Positions 38,597 to 54,954 of a stretch of 64,000 nt of DNA are shown piece after piece. The DNA is taken from positions 35,252 to 99,251 of the forward strand of contig NW_021833121.1 of assembly GCF_006345805.1 (NCBI RefSeq), written 5' to 3'. The position numbers were made by a program, and so were the translations under genes. The notes under the pieces are model-generated. The model was not told where the DNA came from. It searched no databases and saw nothing but the letters and a program-made list of their open reading frames with translations. The stretch comes from Octopus sinensis. Its lineage: Eukaryota. The first letter of the stretch is position 1. Every line of letters begins with the position of its first letter.

Positions 38597-38935
38597 TGTG
38601 TGTGTGTGTATATATGTGGCTTTGTTTAACACCATTTCAACACATACTCTCAATTCTATCATGAAAATATCTAAGCTGAGGAACACACTTAACAGGACAC
38701 CGAAGCTTCAGAACACTCCATAAAGAATTTCTATTTACAGGATCAAAAGTCTTCTTCAGATCAACAGAGACTTCATACAAGTCCAGCTTCTGTTCATTGC
38801 ATTTCTCTTGAAGTTGCCTGACAGGATGCAAAACAAAAATCCTATCCAATATCACTCTGCCACTTCTGAAACTACACTGAAACTCCAGAAGAAGCTCCTC
38901 AGCATTGTTGCTGGGAAGTCAATCCAGAATGAAAC
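37320..38935 (-). mobile_element. BovB-like RTE, 5'-truncated, with C-terminal zinc fingers; split by (GT)n at about 38546-38610
   Basis: DLKKTFDPVNR (38637-38855); LMDSFSTACNALSLTTSLQKT and EKFLYLDS (37995-38372); GYMVKMEDGWIP...GKRPAH near 37890-37800. Confidence 0.8.
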
Positions 38936-39429
38936 AAAACCTTGCTTATAAGAGAAAGAGAAGATAATTACTGTGGAATTTCTCAACTCTCATTTGTAGA
39001 CAAGGTGTGGTGTATGCTTATATGTATGTACATCTAAGTATATCATCATCATCATCATAACATCTGTTTTCCATGCATGAATGGGTTGGAAAATTTGACA
39101 GGAACTGACAAGGCTATAAGCCACAACAATGTTCATTGTCTGTTTTGGCATGGTTTCTGCAGCTGGATGCCCTTTCTGATGTGAACCACTTTACAGATTG
39201 TATTGGTGTTTTTATGTGGCCCCATCACCAGTGCTTTTTACATGGTAACAGCAATAACAGGGTCAACAAGTACCTTGCAACACAAAATACCCTACCAACT
39301 GGGAGAGTATAGCTTTGTAGCAATTGTGAGATTTAAAGTACAGAGGGGACAGATATAGGTGTCTTGCTGTAGTAGGAATGACATGGATACGCCATGCCTT
39401 GCTGTAGAGGAGTTACATGGATATATATA

Positions 39430-41830
39430 CATCATCATCATTGCTTAACATCCGTTTTCCATGCTAGCATGCGTTGGATGGTTCGACTAGGGTCTGGGAA
39501 GCCAGGAGGCTGCATATGGCAGTGTTTCTACAGCTGGATGCCCTTCCTAACGCCAACCACTCAGTGAGTGTAGTGGGTGCTTTTTACATGCCACTGGCAT
39601 AGAGACCAGGGGAGGACGGTAGACTGCCATGATTGGTTGGTGCTTTTTACGTGTCACCAGCACGGACGCCAGTCAAGGCGGCGCTGGCATCGGCCACGTT
39701 CGGATGGTGCTTTTTACATGCTACTGGTACAGGTATCACTTCTACAATTTCCATTGATTTTTATTTTGATGTAGATGTACTTAACTCAATAGGTCTCCTC
39801 AAGCACAGCAGGTCCTCAAGCACAAGGTAAGCATAGTAGGCCATCCTGCGAACCATAAACTACCTTTATTTGTTGGGTTTTCGCAGTCACAGCATATCTC
39901 AGGGGTCACGGTCATTCGTCATTGCCTCTGTGAGGCCCAACATGCCACCGCCATGGGTATCACAACTACAATATCCATTTGATTTTTATTTTGATGTTGA
40001 TGTATTTGACTCAATAGGTCTCCTCAAGCACAGCAGGCCATCCTGCGAGCCATGAACTCACTTCATTTGTCGAGTCTTCTCAGTCACAGCATATCTCCAG
40101 AGGTCTCGGTCTATTGTCATGGCCTCTGTGAGGCCCAACGTTCAAAGGTCATGCTTGACCACCTCATCCCATGTCTTCCTGGGTCTACCTCTACCCTGGA
40201 TTCCTTCAACAGTTTGGGGGTGGCACTTCCTCACACATCTCTCCGCACCCATCTGTAGTACATGACCATACCAACAGAAATGCCTCTCCTGCATGCCACA
40301 TCCGATGCTTCTTATGTTCAACATTTCTCTCAGGGCACTTACACTGTCGTGCATGCACACTGACATTACACATCCAGTGGATCATGGTAGCTTCATTTCT
40401 TTCGAGCCTACGCATATCCTCCGCAGTCACGGCCCACGTTTCACTGCCATGTAGCATTGCAGTTCACATACATGCGTCGTACAATCTACCTTTCACTCTG
40501 AGCGAGAGACCCTCTGTCGCCAGTAGGGGAAGAAGGTTTCTAAACTTTGGCCAGGCTATTCTTATTCTAGTGGTAACACTCTCTGAGCATCCACCCCCAC
40601 AACTAACTTGGTCACCTAGGTAGCAGAAAACTATCAACTACTTCTAGTTTCTCCTCCTGGAATGTGATCAAATCTGTTTTCTGAGTATCTGTGGTGTCTA
40701 TTGGCCTGTGCATCTGCTGCACACGAAAGCTATCTTCTCGATAAATTTTCCTTTGATGTTGTTGCACCTCTTATGTGTCCATAGCTTACATTGGGTACAT
40801 CTTATGGAGTTTCTACCTACACCTTTTCTACAGATCGAGCAAGGCCACCTGAGGCGGTGTATGATGTGTTCGCCTTCCTACTTACTAGAACTTTGGTCTT
40901 TGCTGCATTGATTCTAAGGCCTTTTGTTTCCAAACTTAGCTTCTACACACAAAATTTCTTTTCTAGTTCCGGTAGTGATTTTGTTGTGAGGGCCAGGTCA
41001 TCAGCATAGAGGAGCTCCCAGGGGCAACCCGTCTTGAATTCCTCTGTTATTGCCTGAAGGACTATGATGATTAAAAGGGGACTGAGGGCTGAACCATGGT
41101 GGACCCCTACTTTTACCCAGAATTCTTCACTATACTCATTGACAATCCTAATACAGCCCTTATTAACCATTCGTCAATCTCCAGTTTCCGCATCGCCCAC
41201 CAGATAAGGGATTGGGGCACCCTGTCAAAGGCTTTCTCCAAGTCCACAAAAGCTAAGTATAGGGGTTTATCTTTAGCTAGGTATTTCTCCTGCAGTTGTC
41301 GAACCAGGAATATAGCATCAGTGGTGCTTCTACCCAGCACAAAACTGAACTGCAACTCATCTAAGCAGACTCTCTCTCTGATGAGATAGACTATGACCCT
41401 CTGATGAGATGGACTTGCACCAATCACACACTTGGTCTGTAGCACTCAGCAAGCTGTCCTGTAGGAATTTCCAGCTACCTTCTATGTCCGATGTTTGTAG
41501 CTCCTCCTCCCTCTCCTCAACTTTCTTGATGAGGATGTCTCTAAATCTCTGACCATGTGAAGGGTTCTTTAGCTTCCAAATCCTTCTTTTTTGGATTGGT
41601 CTACTTCTTGGTATCCTTCTGGCCTTGAGCATAAAGTCACTAATGATTAGCCTATGCTGGGGTGTACATTCTTCACCTGGGAGGATCTTTGTATTTAAGA
41701 GCAACCCTGCATCCCGTTGTCTAGTGAGGATGAAATCAATCTGGCTAGCGGAGTCCCCTCATTGATTGGTTATAAGGTGGTTGTCTGGCTTCCTGAAGTG
41801 AGTGTTGTAGATTAAAAGTTTACATGCATC
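39430..41830 (-). mobile_element. RTE-type LINE with an internal deletion near 41400 and a duplicated 3' UTR segment
   Basis: ORFs 41113-41445, 40943-41170 (LLYADD), 40206-40457 and 40142-40366; the endonuclease-linker piece 41357-41704 joins directly to RT. Confidence 0.88.
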
Positions 41831-41857
41831 ACAGAACTCCAGTAGCCTGGTTTCCTC

Positions 41858-41893
<36 letters not shown>

Positions 41894-42169
41894 ATTTATA
41901 TAGTTCACAGATGAGATCCAGATATTCTCCATAGAGAAAACACTTAACAGTGCTCAAAAGATTCAGACTTAGACTCTGATGTCTTTACAGGGGATCATTT
42001 CACAATGTAAAGAAAGGCTATAAGAGGGATCCGGTTAAGCAGGTATAGAATCAATTATGGGGATAAACAAATTGGACACATCAAATATATTAAATACATC
42101 AAATAAGAAATATGTATACATATAAAACAAGAGAAAGTGTGTGTGTGTGTGTGTATGTGTGTAAGTAGT

Positions 42170-42900
42170 TTTCTGTGAGTTGAGGACTTTCTGTGATTCA
42201 CTTTGAATCTCAACAACAGTGTTAAAACAGCGACCTTTGAGCTGCATTTTCATCTTGGGAAAGAGGTGCGAATCTGGAGCTAAATCTGGCAAATAGGGTA
42301 GGTACAGAAGAGATACCATATTGCTTTATGAGAAACTCATGTGCGAGGAGAGTTCAGTGACTGTGTGCATTGTTGGCATAAAGAATCCAGTTCTTCATGC
42401 TCCACAGATATGGTCACTTCCACTGAATGTCCTCCATCAAATGCTTCAAAACATCATGGTAGAACTCTCAACTGACCATCTGGTCTTGGGGAACAAATTA
42501 TCAATGCACAATAGCACTTTTTTGGAGGTGACACTTGTGGAAGATCTTCCAGATCACTCATCATCTTCCAGGGAAGTTCTTCTACTTTTGAAGTGCCCAT
42601 ACCACAAGAAACATTGTATACAACCCTTTGCATCATCACCATAAGCTTGCAGAAGCATGCTCAATGTCTCTGAAACAGGCTTACCAAGTTTAACACAAAA
42701 TATCCCATTGGCTCTTTGTTATTGTCCATGGCAAAATTGCAGACTACAGCATACACATGATTACAAAAAAACATATTTCACAACTTGTGAAGTAATCACA
42801 TCTATATCACTCAGCACTCTGCCTTGTGAAGGCCATTGCTAGCTCTCACTTTATACACAAACTGTGCACTGCCATCTGTTGGCAGGTTATGAATTTATGG
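42170..42900 (-). mobile_element. mariner transposase remnant (internally deleted)
   Basis: LPYLPDLAPDSHLFPKMKMQLKGRCF (YSPDLAP motif), and upstream KVEELPWKMMSDLEDLPQ resembling the mariner HTH-linker region. Confidence 0.75.
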
Positions 42901-43099
42901 CTGATTCAGCAAAATACTAATGTACAAATTATAAAAGGTAGCTATACACAATATAAAACCGTAAAGCAAAAATTTGATTGTCACCTATTGTGACTGAGGG
43001 TGCCAGGTAGCACCTATATTGTAAGAAATAAGAGTTAAAAACCTTTAGAGCTATGTTGGAACAGAAGCGAGGCCCCATTTTACAAGGGAAATCTAAGAC

Positions 43100-44030
43100 T
43101 AGCTTCACTTCAGAATTACAGTATGCTGATGTCCTTGCTCTCATAACAGAATCTGTAGCAAAGTTGGAAAAGAATTCCTGGTGTGAAAGAAAACCCTGGA
43201 ACTGAGTAACCTTAAAGTTAATTTAGGAAAGACCAAGGTTCTAGAAAATAAGAATATAGATAAGACTCTACTCATTTCAGGTAAATGGCTATACTCAATA
43301 TGAAGGAAAGGTTTAGGCAGGAATTCCATACAGTATACCCAGTGAAAGCAATGGATAAACAAGAGATGCAGTGGAATCACAGGAAGGTTAATGGAGAGAG
43401 AAGTGTTTCTACATAGAAAATGCATAGGAGCCATGAGGTCTACAGATACATGGGAAATTGATTTATTGACATGCCCAAAGGCTCCCTAGAGGTAGAAGAT
43501 AATTTCTGCTATCTAAGTGACTGATTAGCAGTGGAGGAAGATGTTCTGAAAGTGTAGTTGATGGAATAAGAAGAGGATGGAAGAAATCAGAGAGCTTTTA
43601 TCTCTGTTGGCAACAAAAAACTCTCTCTCTCTCTGAGAGAAATGAATGGCAATGCTATAGTGAGACATGCAAGTCTGGAGAGGAATAAAGCTAGTATGCT
43701 CCATTGCATGTGCAATACCAGTGTGCATATACAAGAAAGTGGTAATCTATTGAGTGGAAAGTTATGTGTAAGAGGAATTACATATAGTGTGCAAGAGAGA
43801 AGACTGCATTGATTTGGTCATGGGATGCTTATGACGAGGACAGTTGCATAAAGAAGTACTGAGCACTTAAAGTGGATGAAACTTGTGGAAGAGGAAGACC
43901 GAGAAAGACATGGAATGATGTATTGAAGGCTGATCTCAAGATGCTCAGTCTTACAAAGATGACAAAGGACCAAGATGATTGATGGTTTTTGTACTCAAGA
44001 AGGCCATCACCACAGTAGAACTGATATCCT
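43100..44030 (+). mobile_element. RTE-type LINE RT/C-terminal remnant
   Basis: cagtatgctgatgtccttgct (YAD motif), PHD-like insert remnant, gaggaagaccgagaaagacatgg (RGRPRKTW). Confidence 0.75.
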
Positions 44031-45151
44031 GAAACCACATTTGTAAAGCTTGGATATGTGGAGCTCTGCCCCAACTCCATTCTCTCCCCTTCATCAATCA
44101 TTTCCCTAACCTTGGCTTCTCTATCTTTTGTATTACTGAGCTGCTGTAATCACCTGAGAGCAAGTTCTACTCTCAGGCACATTCATCCCCTCCCTTTTGG
44201 TTATCTTCTTCCTCTTTCTCCTGGAACCACTTCCATTTCTCAATGTTTTCACCAATCACCGCCTTTTATTGCCTTTAGCCATTGCTCTCTCTCCTCTTTG
44301 CTACACTCCATCCTTAACACTTTATTTTCTGTCCTCACTCTTAATGCCTTCACATATCTACCATAGTCTTCATGCCACCCCATCCTGAGCCACTCCTATA
44401 TCTCCCATGTTCACTTAATATGATCACCTGTATCCCATCTCTAACCTTCTCTCCTCACACTGATATGAAATTTGCCCTTCTATTACCCACTGCCGATTCA
44501 CTGTACCACTTAAGTTATATTTACCCCCCATTGTACCTTGCAGGTATGTCCCAACACATGTCTACCATCATTTCTCTCGCTCTCTCTCTTTCTCTATCTT
44601 TCTCCCTAACTCTCTCTCTCTCTCTCAATCATACTCCCTGTCTCTCTCTTTATCCTTCTGTCTAACTGTCTCACTCTTTAATTCCTTTCTTTTCCAATAG
44701 GGTTATCGATATATCTCTTCTTCAGCAAGACACCTATATTTATTACATGATCAAACTTTTTAAGCTCTCATTGACTGGCACAAAGCCACTTCCCTCAGTA
44801 TTTCTCCTCCGGGGTCTTTGTCAAGTTACTTAGTGTTTCCTGTGGGGCTGGTGCAATGTAAAAAGCACCCAGAACATTGCATAAAGTGGTTAGTGTTATG
44901 AAGGGCATCAACCAGTAGAAACCATGCTAAAGCAGACAATAGAGCATGGTACAGTCCTCTGGCATACCAGATCCTGGCAAACTGTCAGACCCATGGATGT
45001 TAAAAGTTGATGATATACAAATATATACATATTACACATACATATACACATACATAAATACACACACGCACACACACACACAAATACATACATATATGCA
45101 CACAGATAGAAATACATGCAGACAGACAGACAGATACATACACACAAACAC

Positions 45152-45195
<44 letters not shown>

Positions 45196-45299
45196 GGTGT
45201 TAGAAATGTGTAAAATTCAGAACAGATGAAATTATTATGAGACAAGGAAACAGAGCAAATCCCGAAATGAAGCGAACTTTCAGCAGGACCAAATGTGAC

Positions 45300-47260
<1,961 letters not shown>

Positions 47261-48056
47261 AGAGTACAGATGATGTCCCAAAAGTATTCTGTTTGTACTT
47301 GCAACTCATTCTACCCCATCAAGCAATCTTCACATCTTATTCCCTATGACCCATTCCTCCATCACTGATCTATCCTTTCTGAGCTACTTCTATTTCTCCC
47401 ACCTTACTGATATTCCCCCCAAACCCCATCTCCACTTTTGTCTATCACTCACTACATTCACCTCTGCCTCCATCTCTAACAATACATTACTTCCCCATTA
47501 TACTTTTACGAACTTATCCATTCTCCTCTCCCCTTCCAAGACCTACTGTCTACATATATCTTATGCTCACCTTCTTGTACCTTAAGAATTTGTCTTCACA
47601 CTGCATCACTATCTTCTTTTACCACATCCCCAACTGCTCCCATCTACCTCTATGTTATGTTGCGTAGCCATATACCTCCACTATAGTAAGACACCTGTGC
47701 TTATCCCTCTATCATACTCTAGCCTTTCAACACCTGGTGTAAAGCAACTACTCCATCTCAAATACTCTCCCCCACCACTTAGTAGCAGGAGCTTTTTCTT
47801 TTGCTTTTTTCCTTGTTGTTCTCTTGTCTTGCAAGTCACTTGGTGACCACACCAGTGCTGGTGGCATGAAAGAAGTGCACGATACACATTGTAATATCCA
47901 ACTGTAGAAATCATACCAAAATTAACACTGGAACTTGGCACAGCGCTGCAATATGCTGGATCATACCCAACCATCCAACCAATGCCAGCATGGAAAATCG
48001 ATGTTAAATGATCATCATAATCATCACACACACACGCACGCATGCACACACACACA

Positions 48057-48745
48057 CAGTGTCTGGGCTAAATTTGACAGTTTGCATGAAACAAAAAGAA
48101 AACTCAAAATCCCATCCAAAAATTAAGTATTTAAAAATATTAAGAAGAATATCGACTACATTATGACTGGGAGATAATTTACTCAAAGTAGTCACCTCTA
48201 GCTTCCATCACTGCCCCAAAATAGCTCTGGATAACTTCTTTGATCTTGGCTACCAGCTTAGCTTTGGTGTTGCAGGCAGAGCAGTTGGTCTCTTTCTCAA
48301 TCACGTACCATGCATAGTAATCCCTGAGATTACAATTGGGGAAATTGGGAGACCTGAAACTGGAGCTTGTGAAGTCACAGGAATTTTCCAAAAACCACTT
48401 CTGACTCCTTCTGCAGATACAAGGAACATAATCCTGCTGTCATACATATGGCCTTCCTGCATCAACCTTATCCAGTCAGGGTTTAATTAGTCTACAGCAG
48501 CTTCACATAACCATCAGTCTCCAGCAATTGAGCCTAAGGCACACAAAAAGACCATCACAGTTATTAATTGACTAAACTGAATTTTATTATATCATATTAA
48601 GTTACATGTGCCATCATGATTTTAATTCAGTAATCATCACAACTGTCCAACAAACAGAAATGTGAAACCGTGAAACAGTTTTGTGAAGATTTTTCAGCTT
48701 TAATAAAAGTATATAATTCTGTCTTAGGTATCTGAGCACTATGTT
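48057..48745 (-). mobile_element. Tc1/mariner-superfamily (maT/DD37D-like) transposase C-terminal remnant
   Basis: Minus frame QQDYVPC...SQKWFLENSCDFTSSSFRSPNFPNCNLRDYYAWYVIEKETN resembles the WPPxSPDxNPxDY region; subfamily assignment is tentative. Confidence 0.6.
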
Positions 48746-48994
48746 TTCCATTTTGTATTTTCCATTAATGTGCTTACTTGTGTGTGTGTATTTTCATATA
48801 TATGTGTGTGTGTGTGTGTGTATTTTCATATATATATGTGTGTGTGTGTGTGTGTGTATCATCATCATCATCATCATTTAACGTCTGTTGTCCATGCTGG
48901 CATCAGTTGGATAGTATGACTGGGCTAAATGTGTAAATTTTTTTTTTAATGAAATTTTTTTTTACTCTATTACTTAGCCCGGCTGTAATGCTTT

Positions 48995-51900
48995 CATGTG
49001 ATTAGTTGAAAGGAAAGGTGAAGAGTGAAAGGAAAAGGAGAGAGAAAAAGAGGGTAAGGTAAAAAGTGAGGGAGAAAGAGGGAGTATACTGTGAATTAAG
49101 TTTATAAAATTGTGCATGTAGTATATATGTGAGGTGTGTAAACATGCTTGGTATTCCTGCTTGCTTCAGGACATCTTTGTAGGGGACATGATTCTGCCAT
49201 TTGATGCCGAGGATTTTCCGGAGGCAGCGCAGGTGAAAGATATTTAGGCGATGCTCTTGGCATGTGTATGGTGTCCAAGTCTCATTTCCATATAGTAGAG
49301 TGCTAAGTACACATGCCTGGTAAATCTTTATTTTTGTGGTCTTGGTCAGCTTATTGTTGTCCCATGCCCATTTGGAGAGTTGGGCCATCAAGCAGTTGCC
49401 TTGCCAATGCGTATATTGAGCTCAGCATCAAGGGATAGGTTATAGGTAATGGTAGAGCCAAGATAGGTAAACTTCTCCACCTCCTGTAGTCTGTGGTCTC
49501 CAATATATGTTTGGGATGTCTGATGTAGCCTGACCCATGATGTCGGTCTTCTTGAGACTGATAACTAAGCCAAAGTCACTACATGCTTGCTCAAAACAGT
49601 TGATGAGCCTTTGCAAGGCTTTTTCTGTGTGTGATACCAGAGCAGCAGCATCAGCAAATAGTATCTCCTTGATCAGGACACTTCTGATTTTGGTCTTGGT
49701 ATGCAGATGCGAGAGATTGAACAGTTTCCTGTCACTTCTACTGTGCAGAAACACTCCATCATGATGTCTCAAAGGCATGTGACAGCAGCAGCGAGAAGAC
49801 AATGACAAATAATGTAGGAGCAAGGACACAACCTTGCTTTACCCTGTTTTTTATTTGGAAGGAGGCTAATGATGAACCATTGTGCTGTATGGTGCCTTGC
49901 ATATCATCATGGAAAGATTTAATGATCTTCAGTTTTGGTGGACATCTGATTTTTTGGAGCACGATGAAGAGGCCTTTTCTACTTACCAAGCCAACGGCCT
50001 TTGTCAGGTCAATGACGGCCATATATAATGGCATTCTCTGATCTCTGGACTTCTCCTGAAGTTGGCATATGGAGAATATCATGTCAATAGTTGATCTGCT
50101 TCTTCTAAAGCCACACTGTGATTCTGGATAAATTTGAGAAGTAAGCAGTTGTAGCCTGGACAGGATAACGTGAGCAAAGGTCTTTCCAACAGTGCTTAGA
50201 AGTGATATTCCATGGTAATTGTTACAATCACCACGGTCACCTTTGTTTTTCTAAAGCATAATGATGTTAGCATCCCGCATATCCTGAGCGACTGTATCAT
50301 CTTCCCAGCACTGACACAGAAGCTCATGAAGGTGCTGAAGCAGGACAGTGTTTTTGCCAGCTTTGAATATCTATGAGTGGATGCCATCTTTTCCCAGAGC
50401 CTTGTTACTGGCTAGGAAGTCAATAACCTTGTTGAGCTCTGCAATAGATGACAGATTGTCAAGTTCACACATGACTGGCAAGATCTTGACACCCTCAATT
50501 GCAGCCTCAGCTACTGTGGTCTCCCGTGAGTAGAGATCCTGGTAGTACTCTACCCATCTATCCATTTGCTTGATTTGGTCCTTGATGAGATCTCCAGTAA
50601 TTGATTTCAGAGGGTCTGACTTGGTTGCAGATGGACCGAGGGACTTCTTCAAACCAGCATACATCCCACGGGTGTCACTACTGTCAGCAGCTGACTGGAT
50701 ACTCTGACACATTTCCTGCCAATACCTATTTGCACAGCGTCTGGCAGTCAGTTGGGTTTTACTTCTTGCCTTTTTGAGTTCTTTGAGTGTCTTTGTAGAA
50801 GAATCACTCTTGTATTGCATCAGAGCTGTGCGATTTGCTTCAATAACTGGTTCCAGCTCTGAGAGCCCAGCACTGAACCAATCTGGGTTTTGCCTTTCTC
50901 TCATGCTGAAAGTATCTATTGACGTGGTATACACAGCTTCCCTGATATAATTCCACCTACTTTCAGCAGAGGAGGTTGGGCAGCTACTGAGGGCAACCTT
51001 GATAGAAACAGCAAAACATTTTTGCAGTGTAGAGTCTGAGGTTCTGGCAGTGTTAATGCATGGTTGGCCCATTTTCTTGGAGCGATGGACATTTTTAGGC
51101 AGAATCCTCACCCTGCTTCTTATTAGTGAATGATTTGTGTCATAATCTGCACTGTGGTAACTACGGGTCAGTTGAACAGAATTCAGAAAGGATCTTCATG
51201 TAATGATGAGATCCAACTGATGCCAGTTGTGAGATCTTGGATGTCTCCAAGATGCCTTGTGGGATGGCTTGTTGGCAAAGAATGTGTTGGTGATGCACAG
51301 GTTATGGTATGTGCAAAATTCAAGTAGTCTCTACCATTGTCATTCATGTTGCCAATACCAAAGTGTCCAACACAAATGGGCCATGAATCATGGTCAGATC
51401 CCACGTAAGCACTAAAATCTCCTAGAAGGTAGCTGTTTTTATTGGTTGGTATATTTCTAATGACACAGTTGAGATCTTTGTAGAACTGGTTCTTGGTCTC
51501 CTCTGAGCTGTAGAGAGTGGGAGCATAGATGCTCAGTAGATGTACTGAGCCAAAAGAGGTTGGGAAGCGCAGTGAGAGGATACGCTCAGTGCCTCCTGAT
51601 GGTGGTTCTGTTGAGGAGAGTAATGAGTTTCTCACTGCAAAGCCAACACCATGCTGACGAGGTTCTTCTGGATCGCTTCCCTGCCAAAAAAAGTGAAATC
51701 CTGTTCTTTGTGTTTGCCATTTCAGGGGAGTCTTGTCTCCTGCAGTTCAGCAATGTATATGTTAAGTCTCTTTAGTTCACGGTCAATGATGGCCGTCTTT
51801 CGTGTGTTTTCACCCTGAGTAGGTCATTAGATATGCCAGGGCACATGGTCCTGACATTCCAGCTTGCTAACTGCAGGACTGGTAGTTTCTTGTCTTTCAG

Positions 51901-52495
51901 TTGTTTGCCTGATGCAGAGGTTGCAGGCCATTTTTCAAGTCAAACTCTTAGCTCCAAGCACCCAATGAAGCAGGCGGCCTGTGATGGGTCAGTACCTTAT
52001 TAACCGGGGGCTGCCCAGCTTGAGGTGGGCAGTAGTTAACCAATGAGACACGGGGGTCCCTTCCACCATCAGAGGTAACCCGTAGCGCCCATATCTTACA
52101 CCAATCTGAATAGACTTATCACTAGTGACTGCTACCTCCCATGTCTTTTCTGCAGCTTTTTACAGCAGCACTGAAGTGTCCTTTCCAGTTTTGCGCAGGC
52201 CTGGGCTAGAAATAAGAAAATCCTGGGTAGCCCAATCATCAGGATTCCTCTCTCAACCTTTCTAATATAGCCCAAAGGAGTGCAGAGCATTATGTTTGGC
52301 ACCAGCTTGGTTGCAGGAGCTGCCGGAAGAGTGTCGAGTTGAACACTAAACCGCCTTCAGGGCTCCACTCTGGATATCTTTGAAGGTTGTCTCCTTTCCA
52401 TAACTCTGGATAGAGGCCCATACCAGGTACTGTCAGCCAGAGCCAGCTGAGCCCGGGACTCATGTCAGGCTGGGTCATCACTCCCTGAAGTAGTG
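48995..52495 (-). mobile_element. BovB-like RTE, near full-length from 5' UTR through RT, 3' end missing
   Basis: Endonuclease start LASWNVRTMCPG near 51870; IYAPTLYS and LGDFSAYVG (51183-51635); ORF 50371-51111; QGCVLAPTLF (49759-50082); LFADAAAL; VLSTLLYGNETW (49002-49391). Confidence 0.9.
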
Positions 52496-52515
52496 AAGAA
52501 AATCGCTACCCACTA

Positions 52516-52598
<83 letters not shown>

Positions 52599-52675
52599 TA
52601 TATGTGTGTGTGTGTGTGTATACAAATATATATGTATTGAAGTACATATATATGTATATATATATATATATATAC

Positions 52676-52729
<54 letters not shown>

Positions 52730-54285
52730 CTACCAGTATAGCCTGGCACTGTCTAGAATTAAGTTAGGATTATTAAGCTAATCAAGTGCTTTGTTTCAAA
52801 CCAAACTAAGTAACACGGACATCAAATCTGAGTGAAATCTGTTGAAATTGGTAAACGTTTGGCTGAAAATAGATTGCAGACAATTTGATTGGGAAATCCA
52901 TAAAGAATCGTTTTATCAATTTTTTCACTCATGATTACTTTTTTTTTCGGGGGGGGGGGGGGTTAAAGCATTCAAAGATCCCATTAGTCCTAAGTAATGT
53001 CAGCATCAAGTCTGAACAAAACTGGTAAAAGTTATGGTTGAACATAGGGTGTAGCCAATTTTGGTGGGAAATTTTATAAGGAATTGGTTTATTGATTTTT
53101 CATCCTGATTGAATGGAAAACCCCATAAGGAATCAGTTTATTGGTTTTTCATCCCAAATAGGACTTAACTGAACACAACATTGCTGACTCAAAAAATCTA
53201 TATTTATACTTTAAAGTTGGTTTTCATACCCAACCCAGTTTTGCAGAATCATTGTCATAATGGGAACACACGGGTTCGAAGTTTGACTGGCAGAGGTGAT
53301 CAGGTTGCTCATGCCTGCCCTTTCGAACCCTAACCCCATCATCTAACCTGCCACCCTCTAGGCCATGGGATGGGAGCCCATCCGGCAAGGAAAATAGAAT
53401 GCCCAAAAGGGCTCCCAATCCTCTGTGTCAGAAGAGGTTATGTTTGGATCACAAGTAAGCCTTAACCTAAGCCTAAGCTAATCTAGTAAAAGGGGGACTG
53501 GGAGCCTCTAAAAGGCAGCGACTAATTCCAATCTAGTCCTAACTCCTCCTAGGGGTACTATCAGTCAAGGCTGTATTGAAATATACATTAGAGAAGGCTG
53601 CATTGAAGATCTGCATTGGAGAAGGTTGCATCGAAGGTTTGCATTGGAGATCTGCAGTGAAAAAGGTGACTCACAGATTTGGATTGGATAAGGTTGCATT
53701 AGAGATCTGCATTGGAGAAGGTTGATTCGAAGGTTTGCATTGGGGATCCGGAGTGGAGTAACTTAGGAAAACTCACCAACAGCCTTAACAAAAAAATAAG
53801 GGGCCTGGCCCTTCTAGCCTAACTCTATGAGCAACTTGACCAAGTACTGATATCAGCCGAGTGAGCATTGTTGTTGCAGAAGTCAGCATTGTCCAATAAA
53901 GAAGAGGAAGAGTCCATGAGTCATGCTGCCATGGTTTGAGAATATGTCTGGCCAATGCTTCCGTATCACCTGTTCATAACCATATCAGCTGCAGTGTTTC
54001 TACTCCCCACACGGGAGCAGGCCACATAAAGTTGCCCATGTGAAAAGCATGGCTCCCCTAAATGGATGACGCCACTGATAGTGTTCAGCTTTGGGATTTG
54101 TTGATAAACATAGCAATCTGCAGATGTTAAACGGTATGTCTGACCCCGTAGGATAATGGTGCAATCTTGAAATGAAAACATTTCCCCACTCCCGTTCCCC
54201 GTAACAATGGTGGCCTCAATAAAGTGGGGCGTCAGGGACTTGCCTATGAAGCAGGTCCCGTTGCACTGTTAGGCAGATAAAGTGT
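52730..54285 (-). mobile_element. Helitron remnant: PIF1-helicase C-terminus, internal foreign segment, 3' end at 52730
   Basis: Minus frames CNGTCFIGKSLTPHFIEATIVTG and LGEPCFSHGQLYVACSRVG (53990-54280) match Helitron RepHel motifs; the putative 3' end reads ...ctgGTAG|T (degenerate CTAG). Confidence 0.7.
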
Positions 54286-54954
54286 GTACTCTTTATCCAT
54301 TTTAGTTTTATTGAATGATGTGTAAAATTTTCTTAACAATAGGATATATTGTAAGTCTACACTCACACACACACAGACACGTGCACACACACACAAATAT
54401 ACACTTGCTGTTGTTGTTGTAATGCGTGTACTCTTTATCCCATTTGAGTTGTTGTTTTGAGTGGCAGGAGATAAGTTTCAGTGAACTTGAATAGCATGTT
54501 TGGAACTCATTTCTAATTTTGAAAAGCCACATATCAAAAAATGCTTTAAATCACATAGGAAGAAAAACGGCTGCAGCATGAAGTTATCGATTTGCTTTGA
54601 TTTGCTTTGATCACCAAGAAAGCAAAAGTACATACAGAGAATTTCATAAACAAAAATAATTGAGTTGTGGCTGAAAATAACAGTGAAATAAAGAATTTAA
54701 ATATTAAAACAAACAGAAATTAAGAAACAAAATGTGCTAGTTGCTAATTACATCATCATTAGGTTTTTGTTTTCTAACTGAATAAACCAGTCTCACGTGT
54801 ATTATATATAGGTGAGAGAGATGGTATGTGAAAGCACATGGTTGGATGTATAAAAGACAAAAAAGAGGAAAAAACTACAGAAGGCTTGTGTAATATGGTT
54901 AAAGAATATATTAAAATCATTATGTTAGAAAAATGTTATAAAACTTTGCGTATA

